64,000 nt of DNA from Candidatus Latescibacterota bacterium (GTDB lineage: Bacteria; Latescibacterota; UBA2968; GCA-2709665), in the NCBI GenBank assembly GCA_965208835.1, contig OZ242358.1, positions 3,552,001 to 3,616,000 of the forward strand. Reading direction: 5' to 3'. Shown in pieces: positions 47,436 to 57,851 of the stretch. The notes under the pieces were generated by a model that was not told where the DNA came from, did no database searches, and saw only the letters and a program-made list of their open reading frames with translations. The stretch's first letter is position 1. Every line of letters starts with the position of its first letter. A program made the position numbers and the translations under genes.

Positions 47436-48365
47436 TCATGGTTCCTCGACCACGACGAATCCGAGGGAGTCCACGGATGCGGACCCGAAGAGCCCGATCC
47501 CACCCTCCACGTGGAAGAACGGCCGCCTGAAATTCTCGCCCGCCAGCCCTCCGAACCAGCCCTCCTGCGCCTCCGGCCCAGAGCGCACGTAGTCAAACCA
47601 GTTCCTGTCCACCGCATAGATCCGCATCAGGTGACGCCCGGTGAAGTAGATTGCGAACCACGGCAGCCTTACACTTCCTTCCGTGGACTCGATCGCCGGC
47701 GAACTTCCCGTGCGTTCCGGTGAGTCTTCGGACAGTTCCCGTGCGACCTCATCGGCTCCCCGGTCGAGACTCACAATACCGACCTGATAGCCCGGCACGT
47801 CGATCGGATCGAATCTGGCCTCGAGAAATCCGGCCTTGAAGACCACCCTGTTTTCCGGCGCAAGAAAGACCCCGTCCGACAGATCGGCAAACGTCTTCAG
47901 CCTTCGCAGCACCGCTTCGGTCCTCTGATCCAGAATAACGGCCTCCCGCACGCGGACCGGCCCGGGCGTGACCGTCGTCGCCCGCGCCGTCCTGCCTTTT
48001 GAGGCCACCTCAATGACGTACGTCGTTGCAGGTGCCACGACAGGAGGATCGGCCGGGGGCGAATACTGAAACGGACCCGCGTCCGGATCCCGCGCATATC
48101 GGAAGACCCGGTCACCCTGCCGAAGTTCCACGATGGCGTCCGACACCACGGCGTGCCTCGGACTGTCGCGGTCGCCCGCGGCCACCGTCTGCGTCACGAG
48201 TACCGGGGGCAGCGGCCGTCCGACGATCAGCAGTCCGTCGAGTACGAGTTCACCTGCCGCGTCCGGACCGTACAACGATTCGGGTGTCCGTTCGGCCTGA
48301 CAGGCCGTGACCACAAGGCAGGATGCTGCCGTCAAAACGAACGCGACCGCATTCCTCGATATCAT
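47436..48365 (-). CDS. DUF4249-like lipoprotein
   Basis: Lipobox VTAC, Y.IEV, C-terminal HVEGGIGLFGS; directly downstream of a TBDR. Confidence 0.75.
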   Translation of the reverse strand: MISRNAVAFVLTAASCLVVTACQAERTPESLYGPDAAGELVLDGLLIVGRPLPPVLVTQTVAAGDRDSPRHAVVSDAIVELRQGDRVFRYARDPDAGPFQYSPPADPPVVAPATTYVIEVASKGRTARATTVTPGPVRVREAVILDQRTEAVLRRLKTFADLSDGVFLAPENRVVFKAGFLEARFDPIDVPGYQVGIVSLDRGADEVARELSEDSPERTGSSPAIESTEGSVRLPWFAIYFTGRHLMRIYAVDRNWFDYVRSGPEAQEGWFGGLAGENFRRPFFHVEGGIGLFGSASVDSLGFVVVEEP

Positions 48366-48389
48366 AGTTTCACCAGATCCGTTTCGATT

Positions 48390-50627
48390 TCAGAAGGCAT
48401 AATTTATACCCAGCGTCGGCACGACCGGCAGCATCTTCACGACCTCGGGTTCGGTATGGATTTCGTCCGGTTCGAACTCGATGAACCATTCGTTGCGGCG
48501 ACTGTAGACGTTGAACACCTGAAGGTACACCTCCGCGTCGACGCCGAACAGACTGAATTGACGTTTGACGCTCAGGTCCAGCCTGTGGTACGGCAGCAGC
48601 CGCGCGCTGTTCCGGTCGGCCGGCAGCGCATAGTTCCTGATTCCTGCTTCCGGCTCCGTGGGACGCCGCAGCCTGTAGACCGCCGACCCCGGCGTAAACG
48701 CCTGTCCCGTCGCATACAGTAAATTGGCACCCAGGGTCCACCTGCCCACCCGCCAGTTGCTCACAAAAGAGAGATCGTGCCGCCTGTCGTACTTGGGCGG
48801 AAAACGCTTTCCCTCGTTCAACTCCTGAAAACGGCGACGAGTCCATCCCAGTGTATAGCCGATCCATCCGGTGACCGACCCGGTGCGCCGCTGCAAGAAA
48901 AACTCAACACCTGCTGCAACGCCGGTTCCGCCGCTCACAAACGTGTCTTCCGACGTGCCGGCTTCGGATCCGACGGCAACGTTGTTGTCGAAAAGCACAA
49001 GATTCGCAAGGTCCGTATAGTACCCTTCTACTGAAAGCTGATACCGTTTCGACGGTTCCCACTCGAAGCCAGCCACCCCCTGCCAGGAACGGCCGGGCTC
49101 CACGGTCTCGTCGAGAGGCACCCAGACGTCGCCGCCGCTGAAGACCTCGGTGGTCACCAGCTGGATGTACTGTCTGTATGACCCGCCACCCAACTTCAAT
49201 TTCAACTCGGGCGTGATGCCATGGCTCAGCGCGAATCGGGGTTCGACGTGAAACCTGTTTCCTTCGGTGAAATAGTTCGATCGCGCACCCAGTCTCACGC
49301 TCGTCTCGGGCCGGGGCTGCCACAGATCCTGCGCGTACGCCGAGAAAAGGAAGGGCCTTTCGCGGATATCCAATTGATCGTCCTGGTTGAAACTCTGTTT
49401 GTACGCGAAGTCGAACCACGTGCCGATAAACCCGAAATTCAGGGAATGCCGGCTGCTTGCGAAGAAGTCCAGGTCCCCCTTGACGGTGATATCCGTGATC
49501 CCGTTGGAAAACTCAATGGGGGTCTCGATCACGCGCACTTCCGTGTTGCTTTCGTATTTGCTGCCTGACAGGACGAGATTGCCGAAGACCGCTGGGGAAA
49601 ACACATGGGTCCATCGACCCGTGAAGGCGGTATTGCCCCACCTTACATTGAAAAAACTACCGTCATCCAGGTCGAGTTCCAGGTCGTCGCGTCCGAAGTA
49701 TCCGCTGAACATCAGCTTGTCGCCTTCACCAAAATCCCGATTGAATTTCGCGTTCGTATCGTAGAAGTAATAATACGGCACTTCGGTGTCCTCGTCCCTG
49801 ATCAGGGAAAGAACCGGTTCCAGGTACGTCCGCCGGCCGGAGACCATCCATGAGCCGTTGCCCGCGGGTCCCTCCAGCGTCATCCGGGCGGAAATCAGGC
49901 TGACTCCTCCCGATCCCTCGAATCCCTTCCGGTTGCCGTCGCGATTGCGCACGTCCAGAACGGCCCCCAGTCGTCCGCCGTACTGTGCCGGATACGCGCC
50001 CTTGTGCAGGCTCATATCCTTGATGGCGTCCGGATTGAACGTGGAAAAGAAACCGAACGCGTGCGTGGGGTTATAAAGTGGAATCTGATCCAGCAGGATC
50101 AGCGTCTGGTCCGGTCCGCCACCCCGGATATACAGCCCGCTTGTGAAGTCAGAAGCCGACTGTATACCGGGCAGCAACTGAAGGCTCCGGAGAAGGTCGG
50201 TTTCGCCTACCGCCGGCAAGTCCTGCAACTGCTCGGTTTCCAGCGTTACGAAGCCAGTCTGCACATTTCGCTCCGCCTCGTACGGGTCACCCTCGACCAC
50301 GATCTCACGGGAAAGAATCGGTTCGGGAACCAGCTGCACATTCAGCTCCCGCAACTCGTCGCCGGAGAATCGGAGGGAATCCACGAAGCTTCGGTATCCG
50401 ATGTAGGAGACGACGAACGTATATTCGCCGGGAGGAATGTGCTGGACCGCGTAATACCCGTCCACGTTGCTCAGTGCGCCCAGCGGCGATGCGCCCCCTT
50501 GCAGGACCACGTTCGAGTAGGGGAGCGACTCTCCGCTGGTGCCGTCTGTCACGAATCCGCTCAAAGTTGCAGCCTCGACTGCGCCGGGCAAGAGAAGAAC
50601 CAAAATCAGAGTGCGCACTGCGTTCAC
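48390..50627 (-). CDS. TonB-dependent receptor
   Basis: LSGFVTDGTSGESL, GETDLLRSLQLLPG, IRGGGPDQ, AQYGGRL, YDRRH, YHRLD, terminal Phe; GTG start 50627. Confidence 0.92.
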   Translation of the reverse strand: MNAVRTLILVLLLPGAVEAATLSGFVTDGTSGESLPYSNVVLQGGASPLGALSNVDGYYAVQHIPPGEYTFVVSYIGYRSFVDSLRFSGDELRELNVQLVPEPILSREIVVEGDPYEAERNVQTGFVTLETEQLQDLPAVGETDLLRSLQLLPGIQSASDFTSGLYIRGGGPDQTLILLDQIPLYNPTHAFGFFSTFNPDAIKDMSLHKGAYPAQYGGRLGAVLDVRNRDGNRKGFEGSGGVSLISARMTLEGPAGNGSWMVSGRRTYLEPVLSLIRDEDTEVPYYYFYDTNAKFNRDFGEGDKLMFSGYFGRDDLELDLDDGSFFNVRWGNTAFTGRWTHVFSPAVFGNLVLSGSKYESNTEVRVIETPIEFSNGITDITVKGDLDFFASSRHSLNFGFIGTWFDFAYKQSFNQDDQLDIRERPFLFSAYAQDLWQPRPETSVRLGARSNYFTEGNRFHVEPRFALSHGITPELKLKLGGGSYRQYIQLVTTEVFSGGDVWVPLDETVEPGRSWQGVAGFEWEPSKRYQLSVEGYYTDLANLVLFDNNVAVGSEAGTSEDTFVSGGTGVAAGVEFFLQRRTGSVTGWIGYTLGWTRRRFQELNEGKRFPPKYDRRHDLSFVSNWRVGRWTLGANLLYATGQAFTPGSAVYRLRRPTEPEAGIRNYALPADRNSARLLPYHRLDLSVKRQFSLFGVDAEVYLQVFNVYSRRNEWFIEFEPDEIHTEPEVVKMLPVVPTLGINYAF

Positions 50628-50916
50628 CCGTGTACCCCCATTCGCGTTGAATCGTCTCGCAGTGAAACCAATCTTCGCCGCTCGCGGATCTCCGTAGAAT
50701 CCAGGTCGCCGCGACCCTCGGTCGAGTCCGGGCGCAGAAAAAAACCCGGCATTTTCGCCGGGCTTCATTGTTCAGCAAGCCGTCAGGTTGTTCGAAATAC
50801 ACCCTTCCACCCGGTCCTGAATGCCTGATTGGAAAAACGACCGAATCCCTCCGGAGTTCCCGGATTCTGTATCGGCGACACGCCGGGGAAACTCCCGTTT
50901 CCAGGCAGCGGCACTC

Positions 50917-51948
50917 TCACGACAGCCACTTGAGCAGCCGGAGGACGCCCTGTTTCACGGGGTTCCGATGAATGGACCCCGCGCTCGCTTCGTTTGCCTG
51001 AGATCCGTGCTCGATATACCAGTCGTACGCCTGGACCATCGTCTCCACGTTACTGTACCTGGGTTTCCAGCCAAGCTGTTTCATCGGCACCGAGAGGTCG
51101 AAATAAAACGGTTTGTGGTAGGTCAGGTAGTGCCACGGCGCAAGCGGACATATTTTAAGAACATCCAGGAGCTTCAGGACAGACACGGTCAGTCCGACCG
51201 GCAATCCCACGATTCTGGTCCCGCTGCCGGCATGTCTGATGGTCGCGTCCAGGTCATTGCGTAGTGTCGAAAACCGGTCGGCGCCGATATTGAATACGCC
51301 CTGCGTCTCTTTCTCCGCGCCCAGCAGCGCAGCCGTCACCAGGTCGTCGACGTGGATAAACTGAAAGGGATTGTCACCGTTGCCGATGACGTAGATGTTC
51401 CGGCCGTCCCGAATCCATTCGAACAGGATCTGAAAAATGCCCAGCCTGCCCGGCCCGAGGATGGTCCGCGGGCGAAGAACCAGACTGGGCAACCCCTTCC
51501 GCGCTGCTTTCTGGACCTCCTGTTCCGCCGCGAGCTTCGCGCGACCGTAATTTTCAACAGGCGTCATCGGCGTGTCGCAGGTAATCGGACATGCATCAGG
51601 GATGCCGAACACCGCCGATGACGACATGTGTGTAAACAGTCTGACACCGGCGTCAAGCGCGGCGCGCGCCGCAATCCGCGTGCCTTCCACGTTGACGCTC
51701 CGGAATTCCCCGCCCGCCTTCGCCAGAGGCACCAGGGCGACGTTGTGATGCACGAATTGCACGCCCGTCATCGCCCCCCGCACGCCTCGGCGATCCCGGA
51801 TGTCGCGCTTCACGAATTCCGTACCGCGAGGACGATCCGGCGAATCGATGACATCCAGAACCCTTACGCCCTCACCGAGGGCGTGCAGCCGCCGCACGAT
51901 ATGGCTTCCCAGAAATCCCGAGCCGCCCGTTACCAGGTGCATTGCCAT
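50917..51948 (-). CDS. NAD-dependent epimerase/dehydratase (extended SDR, 3-beta-HSD-like)
   Basis: TGGSGFLG, SSSAV, YGRAK. Confidence 0.9.
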   Translation of the reverse strand: MAMHLVTGGSGFLGSHIVRRLHALGEGVRVLDVIDSPDRPRGTEFVKRDIRDRRGVRGAMTGVQFVHHNVALVPLAKAGGEFRSVNVEGTRIAARAALDAGVRLFTHMSSSAVFGIPDACPITCDTPMTPVENYGRAKLAAEQEVQKAARKGLPSLVLRPRTILGPGRLGIFQILFEWIRDGRNIYVIGNGDNPFQFIHVDDLVTAALLGAEKETQGVFNIGADRFSTLRNDLDATIRHAGSGTRIVGLPVGLTVSVLKLLDVLKICPLAPWHYLTYHKPFYFDLSVPMKQLGWKPRYSNVETMVQAYDWYIEHGSQANEASAGSIHRNPVKQGVLRLLKWLS

Positions 51949-52011
51949 GTGTAGGACCTGCCTGCCCGTGGTGTTCTTTCCCTGGAATACCTCACCAATC
52001 TCCAGCCGAAC

Positions 52012-52578
52012 TCAGAAGCGATTTCCGTGACCGAACACCGCGCAGCGAATGAGATCCCGCGCCGTCGCCGAAATCTCATAGACCACGTGCGCGGGTCTGA
52101 CACGATAGTACCAGAGGCGGTTGACAATGCGCTCGCCGGAAAAGATTCTGAATGGCACGCGGTGGACCCGCGCAATACGATAGCCCGCCTTGGCGAAACA
52201 GTAACGCGCCCGGTAGGAGTGAATGTCCGCGCAAACCAGGTCGACGGGGCCCGGCGGCCATCCATTCCGGTCCATGAGGTATCTTTGCAGCAAACGCGCA
52301 TTACCTAGCGTATCGACATAATCGGGCGCCGGATATACCGGACAGTGAATCTGCCGGCAGGCCGACCTTGCGGTCAGGTATGCGTATGCCGCCTCCTGTT
52401 CAAAGACGTTGCCGCCAAACTGATTCGCGGGGGCCAGATACACGACGGTCGCCGGCGTCGCGATTCCCGCGACATAGTCCAGAACCTGCCGAAAAACAAA
52501 ACTTGGCGCGGGCAGGGCCTTTCCGCGGGCGTCCCTGGCCAGTCCTTCCGGTACGACAACCAGGGGCATCTCTTTCAC
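52012..52578 (-). CDS. Hypothetical protein, YdcF/DUF218-like
   Basis: DTLGNA and HSYRA..CF motifs; GTG 52578 overlaps the upstream TGA. Confidence 0.55.
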   Translation of the reverse strand: MKEMPLVVVPEGLARDARGKALPAPSFVFRQVLDYVAGIATPATVVYLAPANQFGGNVFEQEAAYAYLTARSACRQIHCPVYPAPDYVDTLGNARLLQRYLMDRNGWPPGPVDLVCADIHSYRARYCFAKAGYRIARVHRVPFRIFSGERIVNRLWYYRVRPAHVVYEISATARDLIRCAVFGHGNRF

Positions 52579-53618
52579 GGCAGGAATCCCCGATCGATAC
52601 ACCATCTGATGGACCGCCGCATGCCCTCCTCCAGGCCGACTCGAGGGCAATAGCCCAGTTCCCGTTCGGCTTTTTCGATGGAACACGCGATAGTCTTGTT
52701 CATCTCCGACAGAACGTGCATCTCCTGCCAGTACAATCCGGCGCCCTGGATGATCCAGTCGCAAGCCACGGCGAATTCGCTGACAATTCCCGGCAGTCGC
52801 AACCTCCTGTGCGCGACCGGCAGGTCGAATTCATGCTCCAGGAGTCTCTCGATGGTGTCAACCGTTTCGTTCATCGTGTATGGCTTTCGATCTGCGATCC
52901 AGTAGGTCTGTCCACGCGCTTTCCCGATATGACCGGCAAGCAGGATGGCCTGACAGAGATTGTCTATGTACGTCATGGAACGCCTGTTCCCGCCGCCGCC
53001 AACGACGGGTACGCGCCCGTTCTGAATCATCTTGAAAAAGCGAGTCTGCCGCGGCGGTTGACCGGGACCGTAAAACCAGCACGGACGAAGAATCATGGTT
53101 TCGAGTTTTCCCGACGCGTGCGCCGCATTGACGAAATTTTCCGCCAGCATTTTCGATTTGCCGTAACTCATATATGGCCGATTCGGCGAATCCTCGTCAA
53201 ACAGGCGCTCGTTTCCGCTGTGATGACCCGCCGGACTGTTGGACGAAATCATCACCAGCCGCTCAACACCGTGCTCCACGGCGCAGTCAACGACGTTGCG
53301 TGCGCCGCCCGTATTCACGTCGAAAAAGTCCCTGACTCGCCTGGGATGAATGACGCCAATCAGGTGAAAAAGCGTCGCGCCTTCGGCATCTTTAAACAGC
53401 TGTTGCAACGACGATTTGTCGCGCACGTCACCCGCCACCACGCTTACCTTCCGCGAAAAGCCGCGCAACTCCTCCGGGTTCACGCCGTTCAACACAAAGC
53501 ACCGTATGCGGCGATCCGCATACGGTTCCGTGAGCCAGGGCATACCGGTACTTCCATTGACGATCGTATCGACCAGACGGGTGCCCAGCCAACCGGGCGC
53601 ACCGGTAATCAGGATCAT
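52575..53618 (-). CDS. NAD-dependent epimerase/dehydratase (extended SDR)
   Basis: TGAPGWLG, SSNS, YGKSK, RPCWFYGP. Confidence 0.9.
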   Translation of the reverse strand: MILITGAPGWLGTRLVDTIVNGSTGMPWLTEPYADRRIRCFVLNGVNPEELRGFSRKVSVVAGDVRDKSSLQQLFKDAEGATLFHLIGVIHPRRVRDFFDVNTGGARNVVDCAVEHGVERLVMISSNSPAGHHSGNERLFDEDSPNRPYMSYGKSKMLAENFVNAAHASGKLETMILRPCWFYGPGQPPRQTRFFKMIQNGRVPVVGGGGNRRSMTYIDNLCQAILLAGHIGKARGQTYWIADRKPYTMNETVDTIERLLEHEFDLPVAHRRLRLPGIVSEFAVACDWIIQGAGLYWQEMHVLSEMNKTIACSIEKAERELGYCPRVGLEEGMRRSIRWCIDRGFLP

Positions 53619-53759
53619 GCGCGAAATTTCCTTCCTTCCGTCGAATATTGCCGACCGCTGGTCAACAATCGCAATTCAGATTATACGTTTGTGCCGATAT
53701 CCGGATCGAAATCCGCCGACAGAACGCTCCGGGCGCAGTCTGGCAGCGGAAAACGCTGG

Positions 53760-53919
53760 CAGGCCGTTCATAAAGTCGCTCTGCAGTCGAGGCCGAGTCA
53801 TTGTGGACGAAGACAAGGCGCGCGACCGAGTCCCATCCTGCGATTCGGCGAGGGAGCGCAACGCAGTATTTCGACCGCAAGGGCCGGCCGTAGCCCGGAT
53901 GGACTTTATCAACGGGCTG
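53760..53919. mobile_element. MITE family B, copy 2 (inverted)
   Basis: Reverse-complement match to 38904-39049 and 60928-61087; flanks CTGG/CTAG; abuts the TAG stop of the VOC gene. Confidence 0.8.
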
Positions 53920-54336
53920 CTAGTCCACACGAGATCCGATCCACTCGCTCCTGTTGCAGGTGATATCCACGACGTTTCCGTCGGGGTCGAGTACCTTGAA
54001 CGAGACCGGCGGACGCATATCGGGATCGACAGGGTTGCGCTCCTTCACGTTTTCCCGCACCACCTCCGCTCCCCAGTCCGTTATGCGGGCCCAAGTCGCA
54101 TCCAGGTCTTCCACCACGACGCCGAAATGGATGTACTCGTTACCTTCTTCGAGGGGTGGCCGATTTGAATCCCCGGGCTGCTGAATCAACGTAATATTGT
54201 TCGTTCCGTCGCTCATATCCAGCGCGTCGCCGCGCGGACGGTGCGCGATAAAACGCCAGCCGATCACCTCCTCGTAAAACCGCCTGGACAGTTCCATATC
54301 GGCGCAGCGGAGCGCCAGGTGCCTCAGCAGACCCAT
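53920..54336 (-). CDS. VOC (glyoxalase/bleomycin resistance) family protein
   Basis: LRHLAL...SRRFYE.VIG, HFG.VVEDL, DPDGN. Confidence 0.88.
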   Translation of the reverse strand: MGLLRHLALRCADMELSRRFYEEVIGWRFIAHRPRGDALDMSDGTNNITLIQQPGDSNRPPLEEGNEYIHFGVVVEDLDATWARITDWGAEVVRENVKERNPVDPDMRPPVSFKVLDPDGNVVDITCNRSEWIGSRVD

Positions 54337-54399
54337 AATTTCCTCCTCATTGGCAATCTCCGGGTCGAATTCTCCCGCACAACCCGTACAAGGCGACGC

Positions 54400-55392
54400 T
54401 CACCCTGCATCCTGAAGTACGCCCGCGGCCCGGAGCACCGTTTCCTGCACGATCAGTTCATGATCGAGTGACCGGACGGTCGGTCTCCGGCCCCGGATCT
54501 CGGCGACCATTGAGCGGAGACTGCCGACGTACCTCGGTTCGTTCTCGACGGCCACCTCCTGCCATCCCTCTTTGAAACCGTCGCGATCCTCCTCCAGACA
54601 GAGGCGTACCACCGGGTCGGGCTCGAGCGGCTCCATGACCACACTTCCTCGAGTTCCATATACTTCGAACCGCCTCGACGGAAAGGCGGACACTTCGAGT
54701 GCGGACGACTCGACAATCGCCATCGCGTTTTCGTATTCGAAGACGACCGCGGTATTGTCCCTGAAAGCGGGCACGGTCCCACGTTCGTTTCTCAGGAATG
54801 ACGTCACCCGTTCAGGCCGTCCCAGCACGGCCACGACGATGTCCATCAGATGACACAATAACTCGAACAGAATGCCGCCCTTGTGGACTGCCAGGCCCTC
54901 ACGCCTGTCGTCGTCGACGAGCGTAGACATCCGCCCGCGAACGGAGAAGATGTCCCCGAGTCTGCCGGATTTCACACAGTCCAGGATAAACCGGAACCCG
55001 GCGTTGTACCGGAACATGTATCCCAGCTGAAGCAGCAGTCCCTTCTCCCTGGCCAGGGCGACCAGAGCCTGAAAGTCCTCCCAGTTGTCTCCCGCCGGCT
55101 TGTCCAGCCAGACGTGTTTTCCGCGATCCAGCACCTCACGGGCAAACCCCAGATTCTGTGCGATCGCGCCTTCCACCGCAATCGCCGCAATCGAGTCGTC
55201 GTCGAGCATCTCCTCCCTGGTGTCGTACCAGTTGACGCCCCTGTACGCCTCCATCACGCCTCTCGCGGACCTCACCGACGAATCCGGTTCATACACGCCG
55301 CAGAAATGCACGTCCGGGTTGGCCTTCAATACCGCCGCCTTGCCAGCGGCGTGAGAGTGCAGCATACCGTATTGTGCAAACTTGACTTTCAT
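54400..55392 (-). CDS. Gfo/Idh/MocA family oxidoreductase
   Basis: GKHVWLDKP, GYMFRYN, GGILFELLCH. Confidence 0.88.
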   Translation of the reverse strand: MKVKFAQYGMLHSHAAGKAAVLKANPDVHFCGVYEPDSSVRSARGVMEAYRGVNWYDTREEMLDDDSIAAIAVEGAIAQNLGFAREVLDRGKHVWLDKPAGDNWEDFQALVALAREKGLLLQLGYMFRYNAGFRFILDCVKSGRLGDIFSVRGRMSTLVDDDRREGLAVHKGGILFELLCHLMDIVVAVLGRPERVTSFLRNERGTVPAFRDNTAVVFEYENAMAIVESSALEVSAFPSRRFEVYGTRGSVVMEPLEPDPVVRLCLEEDRDGFKEGWQEVAVENEPRYVGSLRSMVAEIRGRRPTVRSLDHELIVQETVLRAAGVLQDAG

Positions 55393-55541
55393 ATCTTCCT
55401 TCCACAATGTGACAGTTGAGAGTCGGCCCGGACCCGGCGCCGTCGTCTCGGTTTTACGACTACACGGAGCAGCTCGCCCATGTGATCCAGGAGCATCGGT
55501 ACGCGCGCTGCTCCCATACACCGGCGTATATGCGTCCGCGC

Positions 55542-56546
55542 CTACGTTCCGCCGGTCCGGTTGGCGCGGTCCTTAAACGGTGTCTCCATACCCAGTTCCG
55601 CCGCAATTGCTGCCAAATCCCTCTGGTGGTCCGGACCGACCGGTATGCCCTCTGAAGCCCAGCTCTGCTCCCGTTCCCATTCCAGGGCCCCCGGAAGCAG
55701 CGCGCGGTCTTCGCCTGGAAACGGTTGAAGCCCTCGCACGTCAGATATAAAGTCATCCATCTGCCGCTGAAACGCTTCCCGCGGCGCAAAAGCGGCGATA
55801 TCCACGGCAAGGATGAAAGAACCCTGGTTCACCGCCGGCCACGACGCTCCCTGCTCGTCAAACGTCTGAATTCCCGCCAGCAGGCCTCCCAGGGCGTGAC
55901 AGACCGCACCCAGACCGAGACTCTTGAAAAACGTCGCTGGCATGCGTTGGAATATCGTCTCGAAGTTCCCGCTCCCGTAAGACGCCAGCGCCGTCGACAT
56001 ATCCAGGACCAGTGGATGCTCCCGGCCGGACGGAACCGCAAAGCTCATCGGCGACGCGCCGTTGGCCGCCATGATCCCCTGGTCGGAGGACAGGCGGCGG
56101 ACATGCGAAGACACGACGAAGCCGGCCATGCCCGCGCCCGAAATCACCCGGGAGTACTTGCTTGCAGCGCCGAAATGGAAATGGTTACGCGTGACCACCG
56201 CCGACATCCCCGCGACCCTTGCCTTTTCCACGGCGAGGTGCGCCGCCCGCCATGAAGCAAAATGACCCAGCCCCCCGTCCCCGTCGACCGTGGCCGTCGT
56301 CGGGGTCTGATGCACAATGGAATGTTCCGGGTTCGGATTCAGTTTTCCGTCGCCCAGGAGACGCAGGTAGCGCGCCGACTGCCGCGTCCCGTGGCTGAAC
56401 ACGCCGCGAATGTCGGTGTCCACGAGGAGTTCGGCCATCAGCCGTGACCGGTCCGCGGACATCCCCACCCGGCGATACAGTTCAAGCACGAACTTTCGCA
56501 TGGCCTCCGGCATTACCCGTATGAATTCCACGGGAACGACGTTCAC
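55542..56546 (-). CDS. Ldh2/Mdh2 family oxidoreductase (sulfolactate/ureidoglycolate dehydrogenase-like)
   Basis: RGVFSHG, DGDGGLG, NHFHFGAA, LDMST, LLPG; AGGAGG then GTG 56546. Confidence 0.88.
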   Translation of the reverse strand: MNVVPVEFIRVMPEAMRKFVLELYRRVGMSADRSRLMAELLVDTDIRGVFSHGTRQSARYLRLLGDGKLNPNPEHSIVHQTPTTATVDGDGGLGHFASWRAAHLAVEKARVAGMSAVVTRNHFHFGAASKYSRVISGAGMAGFVVSSHVRRLSSDQGIMAANGASPMSFAVPSGREHPLVLDMSTALASYGSGNFETIFQRMPATFFKSLGLGAVCHALGGLLAGIQTFDEQGASWPAVNQGSFILAVDIAAFAPREAFQRQMDDFISDVRGLQPFPGEDRALLPGALEWEREQSWASEGIPVGPDHQRDLAAIAAELGMETPFKDRANRTGGT

Positions 56547-56562
56547 GCCATATTCCTCCTGA

Positions 56563-56794
56563 AAAGCTGTCTTAAAACCCCCAGCGGTCTTCGCGCGGCT
56601 GCAAAAGCGTCGGTCTGCGTTGGTCAAATCCACCCGTATCGAGAGGTCGAGGCTGCGCTTGCTCGCCTCTCTTAGGCGAATTTGCCCGTCGGCGCTGCGC
56701 GCCCTTCGTGCCTCGGCACTACGCGCCCCTCGTGCCACTTAACCGACACATTTTCGCGCGCGCTCGGGACTCACCGGAAAATTTAGGCAACTTC
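56563..56794. mobile_element. MITE family A, copy 3 (232 bp, expanded interior)
   Basis: Both ends match family A; flanked by TGA on both sides; interior replaced by a longer segment with GCGCCCYTCGTGCC twice. Confidence 0.8.
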
Positions 56795-56823
56795 TGAGTC
56801 TGCCTGCAGAATAGGCCATGAGC

Positions 56824-57510
56824 CTACATGATGCCGAACCGTTCAAACGCTTCACTCGAGGACATCCCTCCTTCGATGGCCTCACGGACCCGGTTCTCTC
56901 CCCTGACCTTGTCCAGCGCCCCGTTGATGACGTCGGTCTCGGCGGCGGCGGGGACGATCACCACGCCGTCCAGGTCACCGAACACGATATCGCCCGGCGA
57001 AACCGCGGCGCCGTTCGAAATCGTAATCGGACAGCGGAAGTCGACAACGCGCCCCCGCACCCGCTGGTCCTGAGCGTACCGGCCGGCGCAGAACGTGGGG
57101 AAGTTCAAATCCAGAATCCCTCGCGTGTCACGGCTGAATCCGTCCAGAACGGCGCCCGCCGCACCCAGCTTCATCGCCCTCGTACTCAACAGTTCACCCC
57201 AGAGGGCGTACGTGGGGGATGCCCCGGTACATATATAGACGTCGTTCGCAGCCAGATCGTCGAGCGCCTCGAACATCAGGCCGAACGGCCCTTCATCGTC
57301 CATGGAACCGGCATCCAGGTCGGTCCAATCGGCCTCCAGAACCGGCATTGCCCGGCCCGCCACGACCATATCGTCACGGAGGGGCTGAACCTCCGGCGGC
57401 AGGAACTGCCTGACCAGACCCACCGCATCCATCACGTCGCCGACCACGGCGGTGAACAGTTCACGCCGCATCAACTCGAAGAGTCCGGCATCGTCGCGCC
57501 ATTCGGCCAT
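56824..57510 (-). CDS. RraA family protein (HMG aldolase-like)
   Basis: TAVVGDVMD, ALWGELL, DGFSRD, PGDIVFGDLDGVVIVP. Confidence 0.9.
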   Translation of the reverse strand: MAEWRDDAGLFELMRRELFTAVVGDVMDAVGLVRQFLPPEVQPLRDDMVVAGRAMPVLEADWTDLDAGSMDDEGPFGLMFEALDDLAANDVYICTGASPTYALWGELLSTRAMKLGAAGAVLDGFSRDTRGILDLNFPTFCAGRYAQDQRVRGRVVDFRCPITISNGAAVSPGDIVFGDLDGVVIVPAAAETDVINGALDKVRGENRVREAIEGGMSSSEAFERFGIM

Positions 57511-57530
57511 ACCGTCGTTCTCCTGAGATT

Positions 57531-57619
57531 TAACCTTGATTCGTAAGTCTTCGTGGACGTTAATTCGAATATGTGCGAGTTAATAAAGGCGATTAAACTG
57601 CGGATTACCAGGAGACACC
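57531..57619. repeat. Dispersed repeat family C, copy 2
   Basis: About 88% identical and ungapped versus 14942-15030. Confidence 0.85.
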
Positions 57620-57656
57620 TGACGTGAACAGAACCTCTCCCCCGGCCCCTCAGATT

Positions 57657-57785
57657 CGGGTAGACGGGAGACGGTAGACGGGAGAGATTTCCTGCCTTGT
57701 CGAGTTTCTTCTCATGCCGGAGGCGAGAAGGAATAAAGTATCAGGCAAGGGTTTCTTCTACCGTCTTCCCTCTACCCTCTACCCG
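57657..57785. repeat. Dispersed repeat family D, copy 2 (inverted)
   Basis: CGGGTAGACGGGAGACGGTAGA ... TCTACCGTCTTCCCTCTACCCTCTACCCG; homologous to 2451-2575. Confidence 0.75.
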
Positions 57786-57851
57786 TATTCAATCTCCTTG
57801 TCGACTATTGGACTGTTGCCTTTTTTTGGACTGCGATTTATGGACAACTAC

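Noticed and set aside
47397-47441. CCCTTCGATATGCTCCGGGC and a CGGCTCATGG direct repeat
   Set aside because: May be a degenerate REP-like relic, but it is single-copy here and too short to support.
56547-56738. 64-aa N-terminal extension of the Ldh2 ORF
   Set aside because: Read-through into MITE A copy 3; a strong AGGAGG RBS supports GTG 56546.
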